From Oopsacas minuta (taxonomy: Eukaryota; Animalia; Porifera): DNA of 64,000 nucleotides. Shown in pieces: positions 1 to 12,311 of the stretch. Numbering within the stretch: the first letter of the stretch is position 1; each line of letters opens with the position of its first letter. The stretch is taken from the NCBI GenBank assembly GCA_024704765.1, contig JAKMXF010000306.1, positions 186,001 through 250,000 of the forward strand, read 5' to 3'. Under the pieces are notes generated by a model that worked only from the letters and a program-made list of their open reading frames with translations, was not told the origin of the DNA and ran no database searches. A program made the translations under genes and the position numbers.

Positions 1-235
1 CTCAATCATTTGTTATTCGTTATGTTTCGATTTAATTAACTTTTTAGTAGAATTTCAACATAGTTATAGTTCCCTAACATACTTCCGTTTTGAGCATCGG
101 ACTTGAATTCTACTTCATTGTTTACATCTAAGTAGCCTGTGGGAGCTAATTTCCAAGACAATTTTGAAATAGTGCCTAAAGTTGTGGTAATATGATTAAT
201 CTTCTGGTAAATACGTGCATTGTGTATATCTATAC

Positions 236-1044
236 CAGGGTATCCAACCCGCGGGCCGCATGCGGCCCGCGTATTTCTTTGGTGCGGCTTGCCAGCTAAC
301 TTTGTCATTGTGCTGTACTTTTTTCGGGATGCTGCATCAATCCGAATTTTGAATGGTTTTAATATAGTTGGGTTTCTGGTTTATTATTATTAGTAAAGTC
401 TAATTTCCACTACCTATATTTTATCTATTCCTGTGGCTAGTTATATTTTTTGGATTCCATACACATCAGACTACGGTTTTACTAGTTCTAGAATCTAGAA
501 TTATATTATATTTATATATATATGCCACTTTCTTTACACAATTACTTTTCAAATTGATATAATAATATAATACACCTCTAAGATACCTTCGCTATGGAAT
601 CCATTTCTAACAAGAAAAGAAAAGTAGAAGATGAATTTAGAGTTTTTCAAACTAGATGGACTGAAGGTTATTTCTTTATTGAACTTAAGAACACACCAAT
701 TTGTCCCATATGTAATGAATCTATATCTGTTCTAAAGGGATGTAATGTTAAACGCCATTATGAAACTTAGCATCGAAATGAATATATCACCATATAAGGA
801 GAATTTCGGAAAGATAATATATTACAATTGATGAAGAATCTAATCAAACAACATCTAATCTTTAAGAATTTTTAGGACCAATCTGAATCTTCTGTCAAAG
901 CTAGCTATAAAGTTGCGGAAATAATTGCAAAGAAGTCCAAACCATTTTCAGATGGAGAGTTTATTAAAGGGTGTTTGAGGAGTGTTGCTGAAATAATATG
1001 TCCAGACAAAACAAAGCAGATTGAAAAGATATGTCTATCTAATC
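236..1044 (+). mobile_element. hAT transposon (GTF2IRD2/Charlie-like), 5' half; the rest is displaced to 18680-20645 on the minus strand
   Basis: Terminus-like CAGGGTATCCAACCCGCGGGCCGCATGCGGCCCGCG at 236. A degenerate frame from ATG 594 reads MESISNKKRKVEDEFRVFQTRW...CPICNESISVLK...KRHYET and ends in EKICLSN exactly at the P insertion. Confidence 0.85.
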
Positions 1045-1364
1045 CATAGACTCGTTTAAAGAAGGACTGAATACTCCCATGCTCGGGGTTTTTAACTTGA
1101 GTCTGAAGGATTAACTTGAGTCCTGGGCTAAAATGCTTCTAGAAGGGCTAGAGACACGATCTCGGGTCCACATAGGAGATTTTGAGGACGGCGGGTTCAA
1201 TGGCGCCATTTTCAACACCACCTGCGGTCATATTAAAGGTCAAATGGGTGAATTTTGGTAATTTTTGCCCTTGTTTTTGTCTAACAAATAAAGGTGAGAG
1301 ATGGCTGATTGTAATGAGACGCAGTAGTGTATAGCAGCACAAATTTGATATTTATTGTCATATA

Positions 1365-1534
1365 CAGTAGAACTCGGTTAGCATGTACCCTGGATAAGAC
1401 GTGTTTCGGCTTAGTACGTACTAAATTTTATGAACCAAAATTCATTATTACATAGGATTCTATGTAAATACAACTCGGATAGTACGTACTTTTTTAGACT
1501 TCCCGAGGGGGGACTTCTTATCCGAGTTCTACTG
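1365..1534. mobile_element. Tc1/pogo-type MITE nested in P copy 1
   Basis: TIR CAGTAGAACTCGG...CCGAGTTCTACTG flanked by TA on both sides; 170 bp. Confidence 0.85.
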
Positions 1535-1628
1535 TATGTAATTACATTATATGCATATCACAACACTATGTCTATTACAACATTGTCTATGCCCATCGTT
1601 AGTTAGAGAGCTTGTCTTGCCTTCTGAG

Positions 1629-4182
1629 TCATCCCAAAGACTTTTCTTTGTCACTTACATTGAGGACATGAGCTCTCAATAGAATGTTAGCTAAAGTAGT
1701 ACATGCAGCCTTATTACCTGCTAAAGGTGCATCTACAAAGGATAATAGCTCAGCAAAATGAAAGCGGCAACGCATTTTAGTCTGGTCATGCAAATTATAG
1801 GCATTGTGTACAAAAAAGACGGTTGACATAGTCGGCACACTCAGTCCACCTCTATTCAAATTATCTAGGAACTCAGATGACACCTCGTTACCATCTTCAT
1901 CACCAATGATCTCCTCCATACTAGTGCTATCACCAAATTTATAAACAAGGTATCCGGCCAAATAAACAACTTTATGCTTAAGGGTATCATCAGACCTCAA
2001 GAGTTCTTGAGTGTCTTGAGGAGTGATCTCGTAAATGAATTCACTTCGCTCAGCTGGATTTTCGGAAGTTGTACAATTCTTGTCACAATCATGCACACGA
2101 GAACTCGATTCTACCATAATGTCATGCTTACTGAGTGTTTGCAAGTTTACAATTTTAGCTGCAGCCATAATGTCAACTACGTCAATGTAAAAGTTTCCTC
2201 CTCTTCTTTGTCTGGCTTGGCCGAAAACTTTTCAAAGGCTTCATCCGCGAATATAGCAGGAAGAACGTAGTCAAAGTCCTTGTCCGCCAGAAGCAATTTG
2301 GCAGCATCCACATTATTACGTGTGGACACAGTGAAGGCTTCAGCAGTTTGCTTAGTTAGCTTCAGCTTACGACCACCACCTCCTTGCCATGCGCAGGTAG
2401 ATATAATTTGGCAGGCCTCCTCCAGCCTAGTGAAACTTGTACAGTCTGCTGTCCAAGGCTGTCTGGATTCGTCGCGAAGACGGATAGCTGAGAAACGGTC
2501 TTTCACATTCATTATCTTGAACCACTCACTCATTGCCTGGGTGAGAATGATGGTGCCTTCGCTGATGCCCAGTGAACCCTTGAACGTCTTCAAGGCAGCG
2601 ACAGTCTTGTTATTGAACACTTGACATACCAATGGTACGCTCTGACGTTGAAGGGGCTTGGGGAAAACAGCAGTGTGTGTCAGCTTGGTTAAACGAATAG
2701 GAGTAGCTCGGTCGATCTCATAAAGCTTCTGAATATCACTCCAGTAGGCTTTGTACTCATTGCCATCTACGACAAATGAGAGTGTCTTGCTATCAACAGT
2801 AATCCAGTTGTTGCGTATATTTTTGAAGATGTGCAAGTAGTCGTACACTAAGAACATAGATTGTTCTTGAATCGATAGCACTTGACAACTTCCAGGTCCT
2901 CCAAGCTTTGAATGAACACTGCGGTTGGTATTGCAATTGTCACATATTAAAGAAATCACAGTACCGCCAGCACCAACTACAGCTGAACCAGCTTCAATAA
3001 GGAGTTCTTTCAGCTGATCCGAAGTTAGTTTTTGCAGGGCAAAACGCGTTGAATATAGCGTGGACCACCAAAATGGCAGGCAACTTCAACCACCATAGCA
3101 TATGAAGCAAGCATTTCATGGTCACCACCCGCTGCAGTATTTTGAGAGTATCCTAGAACATGCCCTCCGAAAAATCGCAATGTCTCGACCAGCTTTACCT
3201 CGTGAAACATTAAATTTACCAAACGCTGCTGTGGCTTAAGCTGGTCGAACAAAGTTTTGAGGTTGGAGTCCTGCAGACTCCTAGCAAGCATCTGTTTTAC
3301 CTTTTCTGTTGATGGCAGAATGATTAAGCCGGATCGGCGAATCATTTTGTATGCACTAGGTGATAAGTTGTGAAGCTGCACTGCGAAAATCATAGTATCA
3401 ATGTCAAATCGGCGTCCATCAGGAGGTGTGAATATAAGGCACAGCTGCGACAGAAGGAAGGTGGAATGAGCAAGCTCGTGCGCCTCAGTCATCTTGCAGA
3501 GCTGGCTTATTGCGTGCTCAAGAATTTCTTGGCTTGTGTACTCATAGGCGTTTACCTGGTCAGTTATGTATCCAATCTGGGACCATTTCGAGAGTAAGCT
3601 GTTCTTCTGCAAAGGAAATAGTCGCTTGGACACCTCAATACCATCTTTTTCAACTCTATTCAAGAATAGGAATCCAAATGGTGAACTGACTTGTTGGAAA
3701 TGAAAGAATTGCTTGACAGTTTGTCCAGTAGCGTCAGTTCTTGATAGGTACAGGTTTTTCTGGTCTTTTATGAAGTTAAAGCCAGGAAAATAGGAGCTCA
3801 TTTTGGCGGAGAAGTGGTCGAAATCTTGGATCTTGTCTGCAGCCTCATAAGCTGCCTGCACTTTCTTAGCTCTTGATTCTGATGTAGATGATGTTGGGCG
3901 TGGAGCTGAGGTGACCTGCTTCAAAACTGATTTCGGTACTCCAGGAAATATTGATGGCGGTTCTTTTGGTCGCTTTCCACCCTTTACTGACACCCGTTCA
4001 CAATTGAAATGTCTCTCACAAATATATATCTTCTTCAAGCGCCTCAAGCTTTCGTTTTCATTCGACATTGCCAATATCCATCTCTCCCTCTCCACAGGAT
4101 CTTTTGGGAAGGATATGACCCTTAGGTAAGGCGTCCCATCATAGTTTCCTCTACAACCAAAACAGCTGCAACGACGTGGCAT
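1629..4182 (-). pseudogene. THAP-domain P-element transposase, split by two 1-bp frameshifts
   Basis: MPRRCSCFGC...FPKD...W...CERHF is a C2CH THAP motif. Core motifs LICDN, DYLHIFKNIRNNW and EKF-GQARQRRGGNF are spread over ORFs 3025-4218, 2177-2959 and 1629-2168. Confidence 0.88.
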
Positions 4183-4548
4183 ATTGTCACAAAAGCTGAA
4201 AACAAAACACATTATCATGCATAATCAATATCAATAAACATGCAGACATATTTGCAACAAGAAAAATAAAACATTACCACGCAGCCATTGCACAAAACAT
4301 GCAAATATCCCAAAAACATAAGGAAAACATAAGGAAATATAGTTGAAAACAGGAAGTTCATATCTGCCAAAGGTCAAAGGGAAATGTGGCCAATACTCTT
4401 ATTTTAAGCTTCTTGGTTGTGTCTGACCCCCAACCACAGGTTAAATATAGGTTCTAATGCTTTTTCAATTTTTTAATTGGAACCTCACAGACTCAAGTTA
4501 AAAACCCCGAGATCGTGACCTTCCAGTCCTTTTTTATAGGAGTCTATG

Positions 4549-4774
4549 GTATAAACACAATTACAAGGTGAACTTACATGTAGTTTGTTGTGAATGCTGG
4601 GAAATAATTGTGATAGTTTTCGCTTTGTGGCGAATATTCCACTAATTTTCTTGACGCTCTACTAAATACATTCTCTATTTGTGTCAGGATTCTTTTCAAC
4701 AGCGGGAAAACTTTGGGCTGTAAAGTGACAAACCCTGTGCATGTGATATCTTCATTAGGTTTGATTGAATTGAA
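4549..4774 (-). pseudogene. KDZ/Zisupton-like transposase fragment (exon end and intron start)
   Basis: Reads FNSIKPNEDITC...HNYFPAFTTNY, then a GTAAGT donor. It joins 7376-7671 across the hAT TSD and joins 24150 across the inversion. Confidence 0.7.
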
Positions 4775-7375
4775 CAGTGGCATAGCCAGGAATAGTTGGA
4801 AGGGGGGGCAATTAAAATTATTTATTACACTAAACATAACAAATAACCTAATTACCCATATATTATATTACGCGTATCAATTTATTTTTAATGAATATAC
4901 TATGAATGATGTCTATCGAAATCTAATCAACACAGCACATACTAAGATAATTGTAATCTCCTATCTGCCATGGATACAAACTTAGAAATGAGGTCTTCAT
5001 TATCTAGAGAAAGCAGAATTTCTTTCTCTATTGAGCAAAACATCAATGATTCTAGACGATCTTCGCACATTGTAGACCGTAACTTAGTTTTAATCAAAGA
5101 CAATTTAGAAAAACTTCTTTCTGCATGGGCTGTAGTCACTGGGAGTGTGTATAATATTCGATACATGTAGCGGAGTTCTGTGTATGAATGAGGTAATTCG
5201 TTATAAACATCAAGTAAAGGAGTGTCTTGTTGTATAAAATGCCTTGCTAGGTTCCATTCAGCTATAAAACGGTCTGGAGATATTTTTTGTATTGATGAAC
5301 AAGTTTTAGAAGATTTTCCTCTGCGTCAATGGCTTCAAAATTCCTTGGATCCAAAAATGCAAAATTAATTAATTGATTGGGGAAGCGAGAATTAATCTCA
5401 GAAATCATACTATCGACCAATGCTTCGTAAAAGTTTACTCACAAATTATCTTTTGGTGAAAATATTATTCCTGTAGAAGGATTATTATCAACTCTGCAAG
5501 AAACTCTTCTTGAACGTTGAGTGCTAAATTCAGTATTGAGGCCTAACTTTATCGCGAAATTCTCTGCTTTACTAAACGCATCTAACCAGACGTTTTCAGT
5601 ACGTAATCTCTGTAGTTCAATTTTAAAACATGGATCTGTTTGTTTGCCGTTAATAGGTCTATTTGACAACTCTGCAATGTTTCACTTATTATATTGATAG
5701 CTAAAAGGATAGGAGTAACTGTGACAAGAGAAATTACAAAGTTGAAAGTAGATATACTCGCTAAAAGGCCAGTAGCTGTACCTCTAGAATTACCATCTGT
5801 AGTAGTAGCACAAACATGTTCAATTGTATCCAAAACTGATTTGAATACAACTTCATTTAGTAATCGTTGACAAGAAGACGCCCTGCAATTCCACCTTGTG
5901 TCGGATAGACCAACTAAGTGTAAAGGACGTTGATCAGATTGTATCTCTCTCTGTCTCTCAATAAAATAACCATGTCGCTGCGCACTACCTTCAATAAATG
6001 TGTATACTAATTCCACTATTCCAAAGAATTTACTTGCTTCAATGTTTCTATGATTACAAACAGAATTCACTAACACTCGATTCAGACTATGGGAATAACA
6101 ATGAGTGAATAGTGCTAGTGGATTTAACTCGCGAATTCTTGCTTGTACACCTTTGCGGATCCCGGACATGTTGCTTCCTCCGTCATAACCTTGGCCAACT
6201 ATGTCTTCAACTTGTAATCCAAGACTGTTTAGTTTTTTAATTAGAATATTTGTAATTTCTTCTCCAGTAGTAATAGGATTTTCTAATAAAGCAACAAAAC
6301 TCTCTGAAATTTTGCCATTTAAAGGGTTCACATATCTGACAATGACAGTAAGCTGTTCTTTATGAGATACATCAGTTGTTTCATCCATCAATACTGCAAA
6401 AATACCTGCCTCCTTAATGTAACCAACAATTTTACTTCTGATTTCATTCCCAATAATCGAAATCATTTCATTCTGAATTTGTGGACTAAGGTACATTTGA
6501 TTCTTATTTGAGTTTGTTAAGTGCTCATTCAAGACATCATCTCCATTGTTTGCCAAAAAATGTACAAATTCAATATATACACCTCTATTATTTGAGATAA
6601 TACTTTCATCGTGACCACGAAAAGGTAACGAAAGCTTCCCTAAAAGCTTCACAATACTGAATAACTTTCCGATCATTTTTCTGTTTCGAATTATAGCGTG
6701 TGATCGATTTGTTTGTTGTTGAGCAACTTCATTTGATATTAGTGTATCAATCGGCTTAGAGCACATGAAAGTTAAATACGATCTTTCAGAATCAGAGTGA
6801 GTTTTACTTTGTTCATGTGAATGAAATCCACGATCTTTTTCCAAAGCTTTTTTCCAATTGTCGAAACCGGTTTCTGAAAATGCCTTGTCTGCATGCCCAC
6901 CAAATAGTGAAGCAGACGAATTAGTGAACAATCTGCAAAAGAAACAGAATGCTCTTTGCTTGCGTAAGCTATATTCTAACCATTTGAATCTAGAATACCA
7001 TTCAATTCGGAAACATCTTCCTTCATATTTTGATTGTCCTGAAAGAGGTTGTAAAGGACCATGACTTACATAATGCTTAAATATTATGTAATCTTTAGGG
7101 GGATCTTCACATGGATCTCTAGACTCAAATTCGATGCAGTTGCATCTTCTTAATCTCTCCATTTGATAAACAAATAAATTTAATCTAATAAAACAATTTT
7201 GGAATACCAATGCATAATATAATAGATAAGCAATCTAATGGTAAATCATAATTTATTCCAGTTCCCAGTACTTGGTTGAAATAGGAACACTACTAAAGGC
7301 CGGACAAAAACGTTAGTTCACAATAGGAAGGGGGGGGCAAGTGCCCCCCCTTGCCCCCCCGTGGCTACGCCACTG
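4775..7375 (-). mobile_element. hAT transposon (ZMYM1-like transposase), 2601 bp
   Basis: TIR CAGTGGC(A/G)TAGCCA at both ends; 8-bp TSD GAATTGAA at 4767-4774 and 7376-7383. Confidence 0.95.
4942..7210 (-). pseudogene. hAT transposase with TTF-type zinc finger and C-terminal dimerization motif, disrupted in the 3' third
   Basis: ORF 5582-7210 has WLEYS...AFCFFCRLF, MDETTDVSHKEQL, GQGYDGGSNMSG, HCYSHSLN and LSDTRW. ORF 4942-5166 has LPVTTAHAERSFSKL. Confidence 0.9.
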
Positions 7376-7671
7376 GAATTGAATAAGATATCCAATGTAC
7401 ACATCTTCTGATATATTGAATTTAAGGAATCTTCACTTGCTGATTTTCCATTGGTAAGAAGAGCTATTGCTTTTCGTTCATTTGGTTCCAGCAGAGAGGA
7501 TTGGAATACTCCTGATATTGGATCTGTATGGCAAAGGAGTTTTATGACTTTCTTAACGTGTATATATTCACTTATAGTCACTAAATTTTATGTCTTAATC
7601 GAACTAAATAAAATCAGCCATTTCTTTATGAATAGACTTCAATAGGTCTTCTAATGTATTTCTGTCAAACC
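7376..7671 (-). pseudogene. KDZ/Zisupton-like transposase fragment
   Basis: KVIKLLCHTDPISGVFQ...CTLDILFNS runs in frame into SIKPNED (4774 downward) once the hAT and one TSD copy are removed. Confidence 0.7.
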
Positions 7672-8161
7672 CACAGTGGTTTCACCATAGGCCTTAGAGT
7701 GAATTTTTCATCATCCCATAAGCTTTCGAAAATGTTACCATTAAATTCACCATAGTCTGAAACCTGGGAATCATAATTTTATTTGTAAAATTCTTATTAC
7801 TTTGTTATCAAATGTCATGCTTAGTGGATGGTTATAATTGAATTCATTATTCATCTCTATTTTATGTTTACACATAGGCATATAATTCTCTCTATCCAAA
7901 AATACTCATTAGAATGACAGCTCTAAGTTTTCACCTATTATTAGTTCAGAATATAATCTTCTCATTATGATAAGAGCTAAGTATTTCACTTTGAATATTT
8001 TCTCCATGGTTCAGTTAATTTTGACGTCATATAGTGTGTCCGGACACATTATACCTTGGTTCAATTACCCCTCAAACTCACTGTGGCCAGTCGTGGCCAG
8101 GTAATATCAAGTTTTAGGGTGATTTGTCATGATATTATCTGTAATTTAGAACTAAATCCAG

Positions 8162-8191
8162 CCTCCCGCAACCTCCCGCAACCTCCCGCAA
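8162..8191 (+). repeat. 3 x 10-bp tandem repeat CCTCCCGCAA upstream of the Transib ATG
   Basis: Read directly; the same array is inverted at 35131-35160. Confidence 0.95.
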
Positions 8192-8602
8192 ATGAACACC
8201 AAGTATTTTTAATAGAGCGGCCCGTTAATTTTAAGAATTTCAGAATATCAGCAATTCATATTATACTACTTTTATTTACCAAATTTCTAGCAAATATTTT
8301 AAATTCTAAATGAATAACCAGGAAGCATTTGATTTTCTTCTTTCTCAACCATCAACAAGAACGGCAGTCAATTCTTTCATCCAGATATATGATCTTTCAG
8401 ATGGCGCATTCTCCTCAATTCAGAGGAGATTCAAAGAATTGAAGTCTGAACATGATGCTTTTAGTAAACGTAATGATCTATCGGTCCAGTTGTGATAGGT
8501 TTTTGCAATGTTCTTAAGTGTAAGGAATGTGGAGGAATCGGACACACCTGCAGGCTGAAATGTACAAATTTGCTTCACCAGAGTATCGATCAAGACATAC
8601 TA

Positions 8603-9911
8603 CGAAGGGCACTCGAAAAGTTTTGTCGTTTGTTATTAAACCACAAGTATTTTCTAATAAAATTATTTTATATATATTTAGACGCATATTATTTACCTAC
8701 ACAACAAATTTCATCAGTTTATCTTTTGTACTTTTCGAATTGCTTGATTTCTAAAAGCTATGGCTTGTATGATTCCTCAACCAGTATCTTACCTCACAAA
8801 ACGCGATTTTAGAGCGATGATTTTAATTTTGTTCAAACTTGAGAAGAGCCGTTTGGAAATACACGAAACTTTGCAGAAGCACTTCCCAAATATAGCTCCT
8901 TGTTTGAGAACAGTAGAGCGATGGTACTCAGAGTTTATTCATGGAAATTTTATTCTTGAAGATGGTCCCCGTACTGGTAGGCCCAGTATTACACACACGG
9001 TCGAAAATGTAGAGCTGATGTTGGATGAAGTAACAAAAGACCCTCATGTTACTTACGCTCAGTTAGAACATGAAACCAAATTGTCATCGGGGAGTATAAA
9101 CGTCATCTTACATAAAGAGCTCGGTCTTAGAAAGTTATGTGCACGTTGGATCCCGCATTCTTTGTCGTCCGATCAGATAAAGTGCCGAGTGGACTTTTGC
9201 AAAATTATGCTTAAAAGATTTGTAAATGGAACTTCTAGAGCTGTTTCTGAAATACTCACAGGCGATGAGACATGGATATACCACTATAACCCAGAAACGA
9301 AGAGACAATCTAAGGAGTGGGTCGAAGAAGGTGGTTTACCTCCAACAAAGGTCCGGAGAATTAGATCAGTCGGAAAGCAGATGTGGGCGATTTTCTTTAG
9401 ACGTAGTGGATTTGTTGAAGGAATTGCACTTGAGGATAGGAAGACAGTCACCGCTGATTGGTATACCACAATATGTCTTCCGAAAGTATTCAGTGCTATC
9501 GAAAAACAACGTGAGAAGTCAGGTGTCCGAGGAATCCTGCTTCACCACGATAATGCTTCATCACATACACCACTAAGAACTCGTGAGTTTTTAGAGAATT
9601 ATAGAATCGGAACGCTACCCCACCCACCCTACAGTCCAGATCTAGCCCCTTGCGATTTTTGGTTATTCCCAAAGCTGAAAGATCAACTTCGTGGGAGGAG
9701 ATTTTTCAGCAATGAAGAGTTGACGGGGCACTTTTCTTAGCAATTGAGGAGATACCCAAAGAATAATGGAAAATGTGCTTTGAAACCTGGTTTAAACGCA
9801 TGAAAAGGTGTATAGAGTGTCAGGGCGAGTATTTTGAAAAAATGTGACCATATAATATGCAATACCTATTATATAAGTATATAAACGACAAAACTTTTCG
9901 AGTGCCCCTCG
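8603..9911 (+). mobile_element. mariner element (DD34D), 1309 bp
   Basis: TIR CGA(A/G)GGGCACTCGAAAAGTTTTGTCGTTT with TA on both sides. Confidence 0.95.
8760..9847 (+). pseudogene. mariner transposase, near full length, with a late frameshift and a stop
   Basis: WIPHSL, TGDETW and HDNA-(34)-YSPDLAPCDF are present. A frameshift near 9725 and a TAA precede the tail WFKRMKRCIECQGEYFEKM. Confidence 0.92.
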
Positions 9912-10789
9912 TATTTAATTCTTTAATATTTGAGTAGCGTCTTGCTTTCTATCTTCAACTTCCATACAAATAGTTTTCGAAAGTGGTCAAAGGCAAGGTA
10001 CATTGAACCTTGTGGGGACCTCTGTCCGAGGCTATTCAGGCAACGCAATCCCAATCATAGCGAGCCCAGATAATGGAAACGCGACCCGCAACGGCATATC
10101 CCCAGTGGCGAAAACGTTAAGTAACTCTGATCCATCTGAAGTGTATTGCGGAAAAGGCGACGCAACTGAGGAGTCCATGCTAGGACAAACACTTGGGTCG
10201 CAATAAGGCTACAATAGTTTTATTTAAATTTACAGGGTAATTAACCGTCAGGTATTAAGAACACGCAAATGTCCAAGTCACCCTAAAATTCCAAAATTTC
10301 AATTTTTTCGCTTCATACATAAAATTGCTATTGCCGTAATAATATACAGCAAAAAGAAAGTTAAATTGATAATCTAGACACTTTATCCCTTGGTACATAA
10401 TTTTAGTGTAAACTCTTTACCCAAATACCTGAAATAACACAGATATTTGAGGAATTCAACATTTATAATTTTGCTTACATCATCATAACAAGAATAATAG
10501 AAGCCATATAAATACTCAATCTGGTCAATCTACTATAAATAGTGATTACCCATTAGTAAATAATATATTGTATACACCTATCTCCAACCTAAATAGATTT
10601 ACGCTGGTTTATATGTTTCGCAAATTTTGCTTACGTCATCATAACTCAAAAAATAGAAGCCATACTAAAAATATTTTGCTGTCAATCTACTAGTTATATG
10701 CAATAATCCATAGACACATAATACATTTTATGCACTTTAAATGTACCCAAGACCCTAAAGCCTACGGATAGCCATTTAAAGCCACTGTG

Positions 10790-11005
10790 AAACCTTCAGA
10801 ACAGTATTTAAGGAGTTGCTTTCTAATTGCTGTGTCGAGGATAAAAACACGATCTGAAAATGGGATCATAGGGTATTGCTGATCCAGATCGAATTTTGCA
10901 TCCACTTCTGGTACCGATTCATTGTTCCCATCGCTATGCCATCTAAAATTATCACATCGGGATGATCTTTACACTTTGGACATATGTAGTTCGAGTCATA
11001 ATCTA
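10790..11005 (-). pseudogene. KDZ/Zisupton-like transposase fragment with the likely first catalytic Asp
   Basis: Translates DYDSNYICPKCKDHPDVIILDGIAMGT (CxxC...DG motif). It continues LRTVDI from 12313 across the TA TSD of the maT element. Confidence 0.75.
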
Positions 11006-12311
11006 CAGGGTGACAATTAAGTTCTGATACACGAATATACTCTGGTTTTTCCTAAACTAGTTATTCTTTCAATCCAAATTTTCACTGACAGTTAAAGCAT
11101 ATTATAATAAATCTTCCTATCCAATTCTATTCGATATAACCGCCTTTTACCTTTACTACCGCTTTAAGTCGTCCTTGAAACTGTTGGACAGATTTACGGA
11201 GTTCTTCTTGCGGAATTTTCTCCCATTCTGTAATCCAAGCCTTCCGCAGAGATTCCAAATTTCCATGCGGAGTAGCACAGACTCTGCTCTGTAAAGTCCC
11301 CCAGAAGGAATAGTCAAGTGGATTCAAATCCGGACTTGAAGGAGACCATTCTTCCTTGGACAAAAAGTCAATATTTTCCCCTAAAAGCCAGGATTGAGTT
11401 GCTTTCGAGGCATGCGCTGGCGCAGAGTCCTGCTGGAATATCCAGGGTGTGTTTTTGACCAAGGATGAACCAGCAGATTTGATTTCAGGCTCAAGAATCA
11501 ACTCTTTATATGTTTGCGAGTTAATTTTGACCCCTTGTGGGACAAAAATCAATTTTGTCCGAGAATCTGCGGACACCCCAGCACAGACCATCACGGAAAG
11601 TGGTCTTTGCACTCGATCAATGAATTTAATGCTCTCAGGGATGTCTTTGCATGACGACGCAATAATTCTATCATTTTGACGGTTAGTTGCTTCTTCTACC
11701 GTGAAAATCTTTTCGTCCGAACAATATGTGTTCATAATCTTCATTTACGAGGCGCAGAAGCCTTTTGCACCTTTCAAGTCTTTTTACCCGAAGAGTGGGA
11801 GTGAGATGATGAACTGTTTGCCGTTTGAGTGATTTAAGTCCCAGGTCCTCATGTATCACCTTTCGCAATGTTTCGCGATTAACAGAGTACTCCCTTGACA
11901 TCTTCCGGATTGACCGCCTGGGATTTCGGCGGATTATACTGCGGAGTTTTTCCCTTAGTGCTCTCGTACGAACTGTAGTCGGTCGGCCAGAACGAGGCTT
12001 GTCTTCCACACTTTTGGTATCGTTATATCGTTTAATAGTGCGATAAATGAATAATCTGTTGATCTTTCACTTTTCAGACTTTTCAAAATCTCGCTCCTTG
12101 TGCTCCCGGTCATAAATAATGAGATAATTTTTTGACTTCTTTACTTCCATGTTGATATTTCTGATTTTATGCGTGTATAGATTTAGATTACTGTTTGAGC
12201 ATAACAGGAAGACATATATGTTAGAATATAAATGATAGAAATGGTAATATAATATATTGGTAACGTATCAGATCTATTGGAACTATGTATCAGAACTTAA
12301 TTGTCACCCTG
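11006..12311 (-). mobile_element. maT-type (DD37D) Tc1/mariner element, 1306 bp, frameshifted transposase
   Basis: TIR CAGGGTGACAATTAAGTTCTGATAC with TA TSD. In QQDSAPAH...SPDLNPLDY there are 37 residues between the Asp residues; NRQNDR motif present. Confidence 0.93.

Larger units (their letters stand above)
1045..4548 (-). mobile_element. P-superfamily (THAP) DNA transposon, copy 1, 3504 bp
   Basis: CATAGAC...GTCTATG termini with ~60-bp imperfect TIRs sharing GGGGTTTTTAACTTGAGTCTG. It is the reverse complement of 20646-24149 (coordinate sum is constant at 25194). Confidence 0.92.
7672..10789 (+). mobile_element. Transib (RAG1-core-like) element, internal-deletion derivative, carrying a nested mariner
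   Basis: CACAGTGG...CCACTGTG termini with 5-bp TSD AAACC (7667-7671, 10790-10794). It is homologous to both ends of 29365-35649. The transposase start (MNNQEAFDF, 8310) is fused almost directly to the C-terminal CKECGGIGHTC motif. Confidence 0.9.

Noticed and set aside
36-308. 90-aa ORF as a gene
   Set aside because: Its first part is read antisense through the hAT terminus. The remainder could be an exon fragment but has no recognisable motif.
1974-4129. Plus-strand ORFs inside P copy 1 (and their mirrors in copy 2)
   Set aside because: They are antisense shadows of the transposase and have no motifs.
7672-7715. Complete 12/23 recombination signal sequences at Transib ends
   Set aside because: The heptamer is present, but there is no ACAAAAACC-like nonamer at either spacing on either end.
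8056-8313. 85-aa ORF identical at 35009-35266
   Set aside because: It has a non-ATG start and lies over the repeat-containing upstream region. Its identity reflects the DNA identity tract.
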